DNA of 64,000 nt from positions 20,522,001 through 20,586,000 of the forward strand of contig OX597835.1 in assembly GCA_951406725.2 (NCBI GenBank). The letters are read 5' to 3'. The notes below the pieces were generated by a model, which did no database searches, was not told where the DNA came from, and worked only from the letters and a program-made list of their open reading frames with translations. The DNA is from Octopus vulgaris (taxonomy: Eukaryota). Shown piece after piece: positions 26,591 through 40,676 of the stretch. The translations under genes and the position numbers were made by a program. The stretch's first letter is position 1. Every line of letters starts with the position of its first letter.

Positions 26591-27999
26591 CTGCTGTTCA
26601 TTCTACTACTGCTAGTAGTAGTGGTAGAGGAAGAAGATATTGAAAGTGAGCGGTTTCAACTGTCCAAACTAAAACGATAATTAAGTTTATAGGGTTGCAT
26701 AACTCTGCCATCGACAATGATCGATTTTGCGGTGCATAAATAACATCAAACGGAAATTACTGTTAGGAATTGCCATAAAAATAGGAAGAAACAGACAGCA
26801 ATAAAACCGAATTCTGGATGGGAACTGGTTTTGGATAGTCGGTTAATTAACTTGCCAAAACATTGAATATAACAAGCGGAAATGTTATTATGTGTGATTA
26901 CCATAATACTTTGGGTCGTAGAGTCACTACCCAAAGCAATGTATTTCCCCTCCGTTCTCCATCTTATTTATACCATATTTGCGCAAACCATTCTGCTCCG
27001 AGCTAGCCATATATACTAGTGAATATACTTTCAACTTTGTAATCTAACCTGTCAGTCGTCTATTGTAATTTGCTCAGAGGTTGCTTTGCTCATAGCACTA
27101 AATTGTTTGTTCTTCACCTTGGGTAACACTTTACTGCTGTCTTTGGTTTTCAGTTTTGCGTGGTAATGGATTTGCTCATTGACATAGCAGTTAGCTGGTG
27201 GCGGAATGTGCCATTTGGTACTACACATAGATGTCTCATACAGCGAAACTATCTCACTCTCTCTCTCCCTCTTTATCTCTCTCTCTCTCTCTCTCACGGA
27301 CATACACGCACATACACATACATTCCCACAGGTAAACACACGCACACAACCAGTTATTCGAGTCTATTGCCAATTACAAATTTTAGTGAGATATGTCATA
27401 ATTAATTTAGCGAACGCCATAATTGATTTTATCTAATTATTACTACACTCTGTTTTAAAATTAAATATCATTGACTTAAATGGTTTTCAAAAAGGTTGAA
27501 TGAAAATGACTCAGGTGAGTGTTCACTTTGATAAATACACAGACATTCGGTCTCTTTTCTAGCCTATAGAAAGTTTATGAAATTTCAGTTAACATTTTTC
27601 TTCTCTTTCTGCCGAAACTCACAGCGCCCATGGTGTTTGCAGGCCATTTTAAATCTGTGATATCAATCTCAGTGTACCTTTTGGATTTTTAGGAATCAGC
27701 ACCTTCAGGAAATATATAAAAAAAGGAGGGGATTCCATAGGGAATACGATCTTAATACTGAGAACTGAATGCAACTCTCAGTGTGGGTCTGGGTGTGGGA
27801 GAAATCTGGACATTCAAACAAAACAAGGGTGATGGGGGGAGGAGAGACGAGTGTAATAGGAAAGTGGTATGGGCCCCACAAGCTCTGAGGAGAAAAGAAT
27901 CGTTACTGAGCTGCCGAGTGTTGAAAGATTACACCTGACATTACTCATGCAATCCGTCGACAAAATTCCTTTTGGCGTACTTATATAAAGAAACAAAGT

Positions 28000-28384
28000 G
28001 GAGGCGCAATGGCCCAGTGATTAGGGCAGCGGACTCGCGGACAAAGGATCGCGGTTTCGATTCCCAGACCGGGCCTTTTGAGTGTTTATTGAGCGAAAAC
28101 ACCTAAAGCTCCACGAGGCTCCGGCAGGGGATGGTGGTGATCCCTACTGTACTCTTTCACCATAACTTTCTCTCACTCTTACTTCCTGTTTCTGTTGTAC
28201 CTGTATTTCAAAGGGCCGGCCTTGTCACTCTCTGTGTCACGCTGAATATCCCCGAGAACTACGTTAAGGGTACTCGTGTCTGTGGAGTGCTCAGCCACTT
28301 ACACGTTAATTTCACGAGCAGGCTGTTCCGTTGATTCGGATCAACCGGAACCCTCGTCGTCGTAACCGACGGAGTGCTTCCATC
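28000..28384 (+). mobile_element. SINE family C, tail type 2, with 12-bp TSD
   Basis: TSD ATAAAGAAACAA at 27985-27996 and 28385-28396. Confidence 0.9.
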
Positions 28385-28552
28385 ATAAAGAAACAAGCCT
28401 CAGTTACATTCACACAATTATAAACCAGACAAATTGTTTCTTAAAATAAAGGATGAAACAGTTGTGATTGGATGTTCGTTTGTTTTAATGTGAATTTGGT
28501 AAAAGCAAATAACATGTGTCAATCGTGTTAGGGCTCCTCTCTATGTAATCAC

Positions 28553-29138
28553 TATTTCTTTACTACCCACAAGGGGCTAAACACAGAGAGGACAAACAAG
28601 GACAGACAAACGGATTAAGTCGATTACATCGACCCCAGTGCGTAACTGGTACTTAACTTATCGACCCCGAAAGGATGAAAGGCAAAGTTGACCTCGGCGG
28701 AATTTGAACTCAGAACGTAAAGACAGACGAGATACCTATTTCTTTACCACTCACAATGGGGCTAAACACAGAGAGGACAAACAAGGACAGACAAACGGAT
28801 TAAGTCGATTACATCAACCCCAGTGCGTAACTGGTACTTAACTTATCGCCCCCGAAAGGATGAAAGGCAAAGTTGAACTCGGCGGAATTTGAACTCAGAA
28901 CGTAAAGACAGACGAGATACCTATTTCTTTACCACTCACAAGGGGCTAAACACAGAGAGGACAAACAAGGACAGACAAACGGATTAAGTCGATTACATCA
29001 ACCCCAGTGCGTAACTGGTACTTAACTTATCGACCCCGAAAGGATGAAAGGCAAAGTTGACCTCGGCGGAATTTGAACTCAGAACGTTACGGCTACGCAT
29101 TTCGCCCGGCGTGCTAACGTTTCTGCCAGCTCACCGCC
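28553..29138 (-). mobile_element. SINE family B trimer bounded by a single 13-bp TSD
   Basis: TSD TCTATGTAATCAC at 28540-28552 and 29139-29151. Units 28553-28736 and 28737-28921, then the head-bearing unit. Confidence 0.92.
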
Positions 29139-29429
29139 TCTATGTAATCACGCCTGGGATTGTGGTCAGGTGTTTGGGTCATGATCGTAAAGTCTTGACT
29201 TCCTTCTATGGATATTTTAGCACCCTGTTCCATTACACTTTAGGTCAGGTTGGTTAAGGCTGGAATATATTCCATCATGCGTTCCCTCCAACGACAATGA
29301 CCTGCGACTGAACAATAAAGGAATGAACATATTTATTGAGGATTACCTAATCTAATATTACTCCCATTGTTTTCTCTCCACCCTATCTCTGTTATTTTCC
29401 TTCTCCATCAATTTCCATTTCCCTCAAAT

Positions 29430-29472
<43 letters not shown>

Positions 29473-29560
29473 ATCTCTGGCTGTTATGACTAGGATGTAC
29501 CACCGGCGGTCCCAGAAGTGAGGATTACCTGCCGGCAACTATATAGTTACCTATTTTAAA

Positions 29561-29791
29561 GGCGGCGAGCTGGCAGATACGTTAGCACGCCGGGCGAAAT
29601 GCGTAGCCGTATTTCGTCTGCCGTTACGTTCTGAGCTCAAATTCCGTCGAGGTCGACTTTGCCTTTCATCCTTTCGGGGTCGATAAATTAAGTACCAGTT
29701 ACGCACTGGGATCGATGTAATCGACTTAATCTATTTGTCTGTTCTTGTTTGTCCCCTCTGTGTTTAGCCTCTTGTGGGTAGTAAAGAAATA
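29561..29791 (+). mobile_element. SINE family B monomer with 16-bp TSD
   Basis: TSD TATATAGTTACCTATT at 29540-29555 and 29792-29807. Confidence 0.92.
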
Positions 29792-31562
29792 TATATAGTT
29801 ACCTATTGCAATTAGCAATTCCATGGTATATTTTAACATGGGAGCAACGAATGATTGTCTCGACCTCGTCAACGAAATATACTTAACTCCATATGATTTA
29901 AAAGTGAGCAGGATGTTTAGAAAGAAAGGAAATAGAATGCCACCTATTGTAAATAGGAAAAATATACCATTAGTCCACAATAATGTTACTGAAGCTAAAA
30001 ATTCCCACAGTATTTTTTCATAATCGACTGAAATAATAATAATACAATTGGGAAAGGGTTCTATTCAAAAATTCCTTTGTGAGCTGAATAATTCTGAAAT
30101 TATGCAGGATATGAAGTGGTCGAATACAGCATATACGAAACATATAAACTCAGTATACGTTTCGTTCTTGATAGTCCTCTTCTGCTAAGCTTTATTCTTT
30201 CAATATTAAACAAATTCGAGGTGGGTTGTAAATATGACATTTCAAAAGAAGACTGCAGGAAAATACCTCACATATTTCATCTTGGGTGTGAGAATAATTT
30301 TGACTACAGCAGCACCAAAAACATTATTATCTGGAGTGATTACGGGAGGTGATTGGGTTAGTGAAAGCGTATGCGTCTCTAGGAATTGGTCTATAGCGGT
30401 TTTGGTCTCGATAGGTTTCACAAATTACGATGTTGTAAATCAGAAAACTGTTTTGTCAGTTTGCATACGGTAATAAATGTTCTGTGTGTATATGAATTAT
30501 TGGATTTAAGTTTGTCAATATAAATAAGATAAAAATTACCTAATAAACCATAACGCAAATGAGATAATTAATCAATTCTGTAATCTTCATTAGTATCAAA
30601 GAATTATTAATAATTAAAATTTGTATTTAATGTTTGTCTTTCTTGGATATCTTTCCAGACATTTACGAAATCTAAAAAACGAAGAGAAACTAAATAAATA
30701 AAGAGTAAAACATCAGAACGAAAATTCTCAAATAAGTCCGTTTCTTTATTTTATTAAAATGCATCACAAATATTTGCTTGAAGATGAAAAGAAATCTTGC
30801 TTCCCACACTTACCATTCCATATTCCATTCAAAAGTGAAAGCTGCCTTTGGTCTTTCAAATTTCTATCAGTGCAAGTTACTAAGTATTTATCGGAAGAGT
30901 TGAAAAAAGAAACGAATATCTGGTTTGAATTTAAGATGGCGGCGACGTGTTTTCGATCACTGATTAAATGTATTAGGTTTCGCATTACGTTCGGGCTAAC
31001 CCTCCGAGCAAAAGTAAGGAAATATATATTTTTCCTTTCATACTTTCGTTTTGACACAGATTTTAAGATGGCCTGCAAACACCATGGGCGCTGTGAGTTT
31101 CGGCAGACAGAGAAGACAAATGTTAACTAAAAGTTCATAAACTTTCTATAGTCTAGATAAGAGAACGAATGTCTGTGTATTTATCAAAGTGAACACTTTC
31201 CTGAGTCATTTTCATTCAACCTTTTTGAAAACCATTTAAGTCAATGATATTTAATTTTATTTGTTTAAGGGTTTTACTGGATAAATTGCGAAAATAACTC
31301 TAACAGTTCAAATACTAAGAAATAAGCATGCTAAATTTGATTTATACCAAATAATTTGGGAAAATAGATGGGCTATTTCCTTTGGCAATATATAAAGATA
31401 CCTATAAGGGCCGAATGGGTTGTTATCCTTGGCTTTTAAAATAAAATATATTATATATATATAATGATACCTTCCAGGGGCCCTATTATCGATTTTTTCC
31501 AAAGGTTTCCAGACATGTGTTCTACTCACTTGAGACGTTTTATAAATTTGATAAAATTATGT

Positions 31563-31974
31563 AGGTGTGGTTAGCTAACAATTGCACAAACACACCCACA
31601 TGGTTCCGTATTCAGTCCTGCTGTGTGGCACCCTGGGCAAGCGTCCCCTGCTATAGCCTCAGACCAACCAAAGCCTCGTGAGTGGATTTGCTAGATAGAA
31701 ACTGAAAGAAGCCCGTGGTATATATATATATATATAGATATAGATAAATAGAGAGAGAGAGAGAGAGAGATGTGTGTGTATTCGAGTTTTTCCACCACCT
31801 TCTCATGACTGCAGATGTTAGTGTGTTTACGCCCCCATGATATAGCGGTTCAACAACAGTGACCGATATAATAAGTACTAGGCTTTCAAAGAATAAATCC
31901 TAGAGTTGATTTGTTCGACTAAAGGCGGTGCTCCATCATGGCCACTATCAAATGACTGAAAGAAATATGAGTAA

Positions 31975-31977
<3 letters not shown>
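31563..31977 (+). mobile_element. SINE family A, diverged full-length copy
   Basis: Collinear match to family A with many substitutions. Internal TA/GA microsatellite. Confidence 0.85.
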
Positions 31978-32024
<47 letters not shown>

Positions 32025-32097
32025 ATACATACATGTATGTATATATATATATATATATACATGTATATATATACATACATATATATACGTTTACATA

Positions 32098-32129
<32 letters not shown>

Positions 32130-32155
32130 CATGTAAATAAAGATATGATATAAAT

Positions 32156-32225
32156 GGCGGTGCCCCAGCATGGCCACAGCTCGTGAGCTGAAACTAGATA
32201 AAATAAAATAAAAAAATAAATAAAA
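32156..32225 (+). mobile_element. Isolated 3' tail related to the family A tail (LINE or sister SINE end)
   Basis: ggcggtgccccagcatggccacagctcgtgagctgaaactaga(taaaa)n. Confidence 0.7.
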
Positions 32226-32558
32226 TACATACATAGATACATACGCAGCTGCAAACGCTGACACGGATATAGATATATACATATATACCTGTGTTGATAG
32301 GTAGATAGATATACTGTAACTACATCGAAACACTAGGAAATGAACATCCACCAGGTTGTTAGGAACTGCAACTTGGAAGCAGAAATTTTCAAAGTCCAAT
32401 TTTCAAAGTCCAAAAGTAATTACTCTCTGCTGTTGCAACCAAATTCTTGGAGCGGATCTGACTTTTTGCATAACGTTAAGAAACCAATATTATTTTACAG
32501 GATGGTTTCACACCAAACAATAAAATACATATATACCCAATTGCATATATATACACAC

Positions 32559-32621
<63 letters not shown>

Positions 32622-32920
32622 CACAGATACATACATACATTCATATCTTCCTCATTGATATATTCATAGAATTCCGTTAAGAACGTAACTCTTAGGAAAA
32701 TAAAGATTATTGCATTGTTTGTATAAGAAGTGAAAGGGTTTTGCAAAGGTTAAAATACATATTTAAACCCGCCACGTATTCGGTTGATATTTTCAGCCGC
32801 GTTTGGATATTTTATTGCGTGGAAGTGAAAGATCATATACCCTGTGTTAATATTGCTGGATTAGCGATAGATGAATGAATATATGAATATATATACACGC
32901 ACACTCACACACAACACACA

Positions 32921-32981
<61 letters not shown>

Positions 32982-33091
32982 ATGTGTGTGTGCCGTCGTA
33001 TCTACACACATACATATATGTATGCAAAAATGTATATAAATATATGCATATATACATACGTATATACGTACGTATATATTTATGTATATAT

Positions 33092-33157
<66 letters not shown>
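33092..33157. repeat. (GATA)n microsatellite
   Basis: Direct reading. Confidence 0.95.
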
Positions 33158-34752
33158 TTACACATACTCGTACACATACATATATTCATAAATGTAGGTG
33201 TGTGTGTGTGTGTGTGTGTGTTTCCACTAATTCTAATCTTCACGTTCATTCATATTTACTATGTACACGAGTTCGAAATTGTGTGAAATATTTCATGACA
33301 TAATTGTGTGAGTAATTTTATATTCGAAGTACACACACACGGACACACAAACACACAGACACACGTCCACACTTATATACATGCAAATATACCAAGAGGG
33401 AGCGAGAGAAAACGGAATAGATTGACATTTATATAGGATGGAATGCAGACACGAATATAAAGTCCTTATTTATTTTCTAAATAACTGGTAAATGGGAATT
33501 GCTTTTGGTTCCTACTACGCACACACGCACAAACACACACACACACACAAGTATATTTCCAAAGATATACGCTTCTACACGTACATAAACTCGAACACAC
33601 ATACACTCATAAACCTAGGCATGAACTTACAAAGAACCACCATTTTATATTCAAACTGCTTCATAGCAATCTTTACTTCACTTCACAGCCTTTCAAGATT
33701 AATGAAAATCTTTCAGGACAAAATATCGCGTCGGCATTTAATAAAAATAAGATTAAGTTAACCAGTCTTTCATTAAAAAAAATACGAAACAAACAAACCA
33801 ACGCAACTAAATGATTAGAAAAAGAAAAAAAAACTAAATAAAAAATATGATTCAGCACCAGATAAGAAGTGAGATTATTTTTCAGATTTCCGTCTTTTAG
33901 AAGGTTAATACATGTATATTGACTTCTAATCTTACTTGAGATTCTGGAAAATGATACAGCAAAGCGTAAATATAATATCGTCTGCATTTTATTCAATTAT
34001 TTAATATTCGATACTTTGCAAGGCAACCGAAGTCGGGGCGTTCCTGCAGAGATTTAGCCGTAAGATTAATTTCATGGAAGAATATACCAATTCATTTTTT
34101 CCCCTTCCAACATCTTCTCTCTCACTGTCTCTTCATTTTACATATTCTTTCTTTCTTTTTCGTTTTTGGGCTGTGACTTGAATTTCTTCTGAATCAATAA
34201 GTTGTTCGCAGTAAATCGATATCGATCTTAATATCAGAACAGTCATTCTTGAAAATAATGTCATTTTATTGAATTGTTAGTTATATGTCTCCGACAGCCG
34301 CCGTTGGCTGTATCGATAGGATATGTGACAACGATTAGAAGCCATCAGAAACTTTTTGGTCTTACTTTTGCTGGCGTCACTTTTCCAAAAACTATCTAAA
34401 ACTGAAGTATGTAGGAAACTTAAATCAAAACAGGATTTATAAAAAAAATGACAAGCATTAATTACTAATATTTCTTTCAACTTTTCTACTCTAACTTCTC
34501 GAATTGTTATGGAAATGTCTTCTTTACAAAACGATGAGTAATATCAATTGTGTAAACGCAGCGGCAAAACTTGCTCTGGTTGTTTAGCACGTGGGATTTT
34601 GTGTTACTCAGTGCTCATCTAAGACCTCAATAATCAAATGCACCCCGTCCTACTTTGGACATATCTCTGAATGAATCATCTAAGCTATTTCTGTTTTGCT
34701 GCTGTTTCCTTCAATTCCAGATTTACCCTGATCTTTTAGATTTATGATCAAA

Positions 34753-35296
<544 letters not shown>

Positions 35297-35931
35297 GGCT
35301 TTCTAGTCATTACTTTCATCATTTTATGGATACCTGACAAAATATTATCTAACATATTCCACCTTTTATTGTGCTGAAACATAAAAGGCGCCCCAACGGT
35401 GGCGAACACTTGGCTTTAGTACTTGGTACTGTTTGCTTCGAGCTGGTTACCTATTACGCGGTGTAACATGATTCTTGTCCTTGTGTAGCAACTTTTTTTC
35501 CGATTTGCTTACTCCTAGAGAGTATAAAAAATGGTTAACGTTTCTTTCAAACTTTGCTTTTGGACGGTATTTAGTAAAACCCGGTGTTTTTACTTGGCGA
35601 ATCCATTGGTAAAAGCAGTGATCATGGTTATAGCAAAGTCACTAAACATGAATTTATTCAGAACTATTCCAATCATTACTATTACAACCACAACGCGTCA
35701 CTTTTAGGTCACTTGACCACTTAATGGGATTCCACCAACATCTAACTAATGTCATACCACTCACACATTTTTGTTCTTCCTTCACTTATTTTCATACTCG
35801 CTCTTCTTCTTCGCCATCTCCTTCCACGGGTGATGCTGTTTACACAATCAAAACCAAGAACCCACATCCCTCATATTAAATATTTCTTCAGATCTGCTAC
35901 TGCCTACCTACCGGGCTTTCACAAAAGTAAT

Positions 35932-35968
<37 letters not shown>

Positions 35969-36957
35969 CAGTGAGAAACAATGGAAATGCCTCATGTATT
36001 TAAAAACTATGGAAATATTTTTTTTTAACTTTTCATTTAATTTTTCCACAATTTAATTGTTTTTCATGTTTTACTGTGAATTGAAAAGGTCGTAAAGACT
36101 TGAGCCAGTACTAAAATGTCCTTCATGATAAAATTATCTTATAATTTTATATCTTGTCCTATTTTCCTTATACATACCAACTCGTGTGTTAATTTTCAAC
36201 CTTCTACACGCCCACACTCTTACACTTATACACATACACATATAGTGACAGGCAGACAAACAGACAGACACACAGAGAAATTCTGTTTGAGTTTTGCAAT
36301 TTGTTTGTGGTATAGTGATCTGACGAAAAGAATCGAATAAACTCCAAAAGCTCCATATTTCCTTTTTTCCAGAATTTATTAAATTTGCTGACAAAGGTAT
36401 GAACGAGATTAATCCGTGAGCGAAGAAAAAAAGAATCAGTAAATAGATATGTAAAGTAGAGATAATAATAAAAAAAAAAGACCTTTGGAAATATCTATTT
36501 TCTAGTATCTCCGAAATTTTTTTTTCTTTTTTCCGATTCAGAAATACAATTTTATCGCTGGTTCCCAAATTTCCAACTCACTCCTTTCTAACGATGCCGC
36601 TTAACATAAATTGTACGAGTGGGTATTACTTCTGATATTAACATACAATGGAATAAGCCTTGGGAATTCAACTTATTGTTCATAGGAAAGTTAAGAATGT
36701 GAGACAAACATCTGCCAACAAAACCTTTCCACGTGATCTTCTACAGGAGGCGGGCGAAGGCGGACACATATTAGCGAGGATTTATCCTACGTTTTCGTCG
36801 TGTGAAATATATAATCTACGTTTTATATTTATTTAGTTACACATTTCTCATTTTATACGTTCTCATATTTCTTTTCACTATACTGTCGACATTATTGTGT
36901 GTATTACATTGTTATACTGTGTATTTCATATTTGCATGTAATTCTATTTCTAAGTCT

Positions 36958-37345
36958 ATTATTGAGTGCGAGAGCAGTGCATGTCATCAACGTAGCACTG
37001 GAGTAAAATATACGAAGCCCATCATGACTACCCGTATGATAAGGGTACACCAGGCACATGCATCACAACTACATGTGCGCGACATGATCTCATATCAAGA
37101 TAAACAGCGCATGACCTTGCAGGTGGGGTCCAGTTAGAATTCCTTTCAACACACGGCTATGATGCTCTCCCACTACTTCTGCTCGTGATCAGAGATGCAC
37201 ATATCGTTAGCCACTAAGGGACTTGGTCAACTGGTTATTGTCAAACATCTGACAAGCAAATCTGTGGTATTGAGCAGAATATTTGCTGTAGTCCATCTTT
37301 TATACCAAGGCAAAACAATGTACATGATAACACTCCCAAATGTAC
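36958..37345 (-). mobile_element. Family D element
   Basis: Reverse complement of the 10095/18065 copies. Confidence 0.75.
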
Positions 37346-37364
37346 ATAACACTTCCAAATGTAC

Positions 37365-37750
37365 ATTATTATTATTATTATTGTTGTTTTTTTCCTTTCT
37401 TCGAATTTTCTTCCATTTCTCGCCGAGTGTTTTCCGTACACCTAGGGCAGAGAAGCTTATTGTATGCATTCCCAGATTACACACGCAAATTCACAGGTAA
37501 AATATGTATTTAAAAAATTAATAAATTAGTAAATTCATGAATGGATGTTGTTTTCACAGCAATAATGCTTTTCTCAGTACATGAGTCGTTTCAGTTAACA
37601 CGAATTTTTGCAGGATGATAAGCCTGGTATCATTTTCAAATAGGTTTCAGTACCTCTTTTTTATCATTCCTAGAGATCCTAAGATCACTGGTACTGTAGT
37701 CGTCTTGAGATGCCACATTTGTTCAATTTCTATTAGCAAGTCTTTCGCCG
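37365..37750 (-). mobile_element. Non-LTR retrotransposon 3' end, RLE clade (R4/Dong/NeSL-like)
   Basis: KDLLIEIEQMWHLKTTTVPVILGSLGMIKK and THVLRKALL* resemble the C-terminus of restriction-like endonuclease ORFs. 3' UTR ends in (AAT)n, with (AAT)n on both sides. Confidence 0.8.
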
Positions 37751-38129
37751 CTTGGTTGTGTCTATTATTATTATTATTATTATCATTTACGGAATGAGAA
37801 TGACAACGTAGCTTTCGCGCCCGTGCAACCGCTAGTCTATTGCGGGTGGTGGGTGGATCTTCAAGTTCTCGCACGTATCTTAGTAGCTTTGAGGAGGCTC
37901 GAATTATTCTTTGTGATTATTCTTTGTGGGTAATGGCGTGAGTTCTAATTGGAAGAAAAAACAGCATCGTCAAATAACCACAGTTCACAATAGGAAATTG
38001 TCATTTAATATATATCAAATTATCGCGCGCGCGCACAAACACACATTCACACGCATACATATCACACTATAACTGCATCGTCCAGAATTATCGAATGTTA
38101 TTCTACACCCCTACGCACAATGCGCTTTC

Positions 38130-38315
38130 TCGTGCTCTTTTAGTTCTACAACGCATGCCAACCCGCTGGTTAAGCGGGAAAGCGGGAAAACCAACATTCC
38201 CTCTGAACGGCAAGTCTGTTCCTCACAGATTTATGCAATTACAATTGAGTGCGTTGGAGCCATGTGAAATCTAGTACTTTGCTCAAGAACACAACACGCC
38301 GCCGATTTGGAAATC
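38130..38315 (-). mobile_element. Degenerate SINE: family E CORE-like block with family C tail type 1
   Basis: ttgctcaagaacacaacacg (E block) together with aacccgctggttaagcg and acaatgcgctt (8512 tail). Confidence 0.55.
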
Positions 38316-38402
38316 TTTAGTTGAGTGCAACACCCTGAAGACACGAAGTCGCCCGCCTTCATTCACAAACACACACACATACACACTCACAGGTTTATTA
38401 TG

Positions 38403-38435
<33 letters not shown>

Positions 38436-38656
38436 TCTCTTTTACTCTTTTACTTTTTTCAGTCATTTGACTGCGGCCATGCTGGAGCACCGCCTTTAGT
38501 CGAGCAACTCGACCCCGGAACTTATTCTTTGTAAGCTCAATACTTATTCTATCGGTCTCTTTTGCCGAAACGCTAAGTGACGGAGATATAAACACACCAG
38601 CATCGGTTGTCAAGCAATGCTAGGGGGACAAACACAGACACACAAACACACACACG

Positions 38657-38744
<88 letters not shown>

Positions 38745-38908
38745 TACGACGGGCTTCTTTCAGTTTCCGTCTACCAAATCCACTCACAAGGCTTTGGTCG
38801 GCCCGAGGCTATAGTAGACGACACTTGGCCAAGGTAACACGCAGTGGGACTGAACCCGGAACCATGTGGTTGGTAAACAAGCTACTTACCACACAACCAC
38901 TCCTGCGC
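38436..38908 (-). mobile_element. SINE family A, full length
   Basis: Reverse complement of the family A consensus. Confidence 0.9.
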
Positions 38909-39276
38909 GTAGGGTATATATATATATATATATATCTGACGAAGCCTACAGAAACACCCAAGTACCTCAATTTCATCTACTTATTACTTCAGGCTACTAG
39001 AGGAATAAAGTTAGATTGAGGTATATTTGCATCATGCTTGAAACAGCTGTAAGATATTTTCCCAGTGTATATTTCTGTATGTTATATTTTAATAATTACT
39101 GGTATCTTTATATATTAATATATTTTATATGTAAAACATAATATGTTGTACTTGATTAACATATTATACATGTATGTATATTCCTGTAATTGTCATTTTA
39201 GTAAATAAATAAATAAGTTGACATATAATGTTTGAAAGTTGATGAACCACCTATGGATTCCCCCATTTTCTTATTG

Positions 39277-39369
<93 letters not shown>

Positions 39370-39486
39370 AAAATGGTTTATGACTATTTAATTTTTTCCC
39401 ACTAGGCCGCTGGTGGCAAAAGAATTCTACAAAATTTTTTTGCCACCCTATATTGATTGATTATATATATATATATATATACACAC

Positions 39487-39858
39487 ACAAATAAATGAAA
39501 GAATGGAGTTGAACGACGAATTAACAAAATTCCTTTATTTTCGACATATGTTTCGAAGGCTGCATATTCCTAATTTTGAAGGAATAAGGGGTGCATTATG
39601 CCACCTTCTCATCAGGAAAAGCAAGGAACTTATGTCAGCATCAAGATGCACAAAAACCTTTAGATGACTGCCCACACGGAGCCCATCCATCCATTCTTTC
39701 ATTTATTTGTATTTAAAAAAAACACACAAATTTCCACACGATAGCACGTGATCTCTGCCCTAGGCATGTAGCTTCAACCGTGTTTTTCTGACGTGAATTT
39801 GCTACCCAGGTATCGGTTAACCGAATTATCCATAATAAGATAATTCATTCAACTACTC

Positions 39859-39862
<4 letters not shown>
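39487..39862 (-). mobile_element. Hammerhead-bearing mini-element P3 (Penelope-like remnant) in (TA)n
   Basis: Flanked by TA tracts. 21-bp inverted repeat 39487-39507 / 39690-39710. Contains a canonical hammerhead. Confidence 0.65.
39530..39628 (-). ncRNA. Type I hammerhead ribozyme, canonical core
   Basis: Minus strand: TTCCTT-gc-TTTTC CTGATGA GAAGG [44 nt] CCTTC GAAAC ATAT GTC^GAAAA-ta-AAGGAA. All core bases and three stems present. Predicted cleavage between 39543 and 39542. Confidence 0.88.
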
Positions 39863-39901
<39 letters not shown>

Positions 39902-39919
39902 GAGTGCGAGAGAGACAGA

Positions 39920-40225
39920 TAATGTAAGGGCTGACGTGCAGTATTACCCCCCTTCCCAACGAAATTCGTTCAAAAGACATTGTCAAAGTTACTTGTCGGC
40001 AGCGCCATCTAATGGGACCCGGCATTGCAACAGTAACAGGAAGAAAGAGTGAGAGAAAGTTATGGTGAAAGAGTACAGCAGGTTTCGCCACCACCCCCTG
40101 CCGGAGCCTCGTAGAGCTTCATGTGTTTTCGCTCAATAAACAGTCACAACGTCCTGTCCGGGAATCGAAACCGCGAACTACGACCATGAGTTCGCTGCCC
40201 TAACTACTGGGCCATTGCGCCTCCA
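39920..40225 (-). mobile_element. SINE family C, tail type 3
   Basis: Same head and central block as 8512 and 28000, different 3' sequence. Confidence 0.75.
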
Positions 40226-40281
40226 CGTTAGATAGATAGGCATAGAGAGATAGGTAGGTAGACACGCAGACAGATCGACTT

Positions 40282-40676
<395 letters not shown>

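Larger units (their letters stand above)
27456..31259. mobile_element. Putative DNA transposon/foldback element with ~200-bp inverted repeats and nested SINEs
   Basis: 27456-27659 is the reverse complement of 31055-31259 at high identity (e.g. ctgccgaaactcacagcgcccatggtgtttgcaggccat). Confidence 0.75.
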
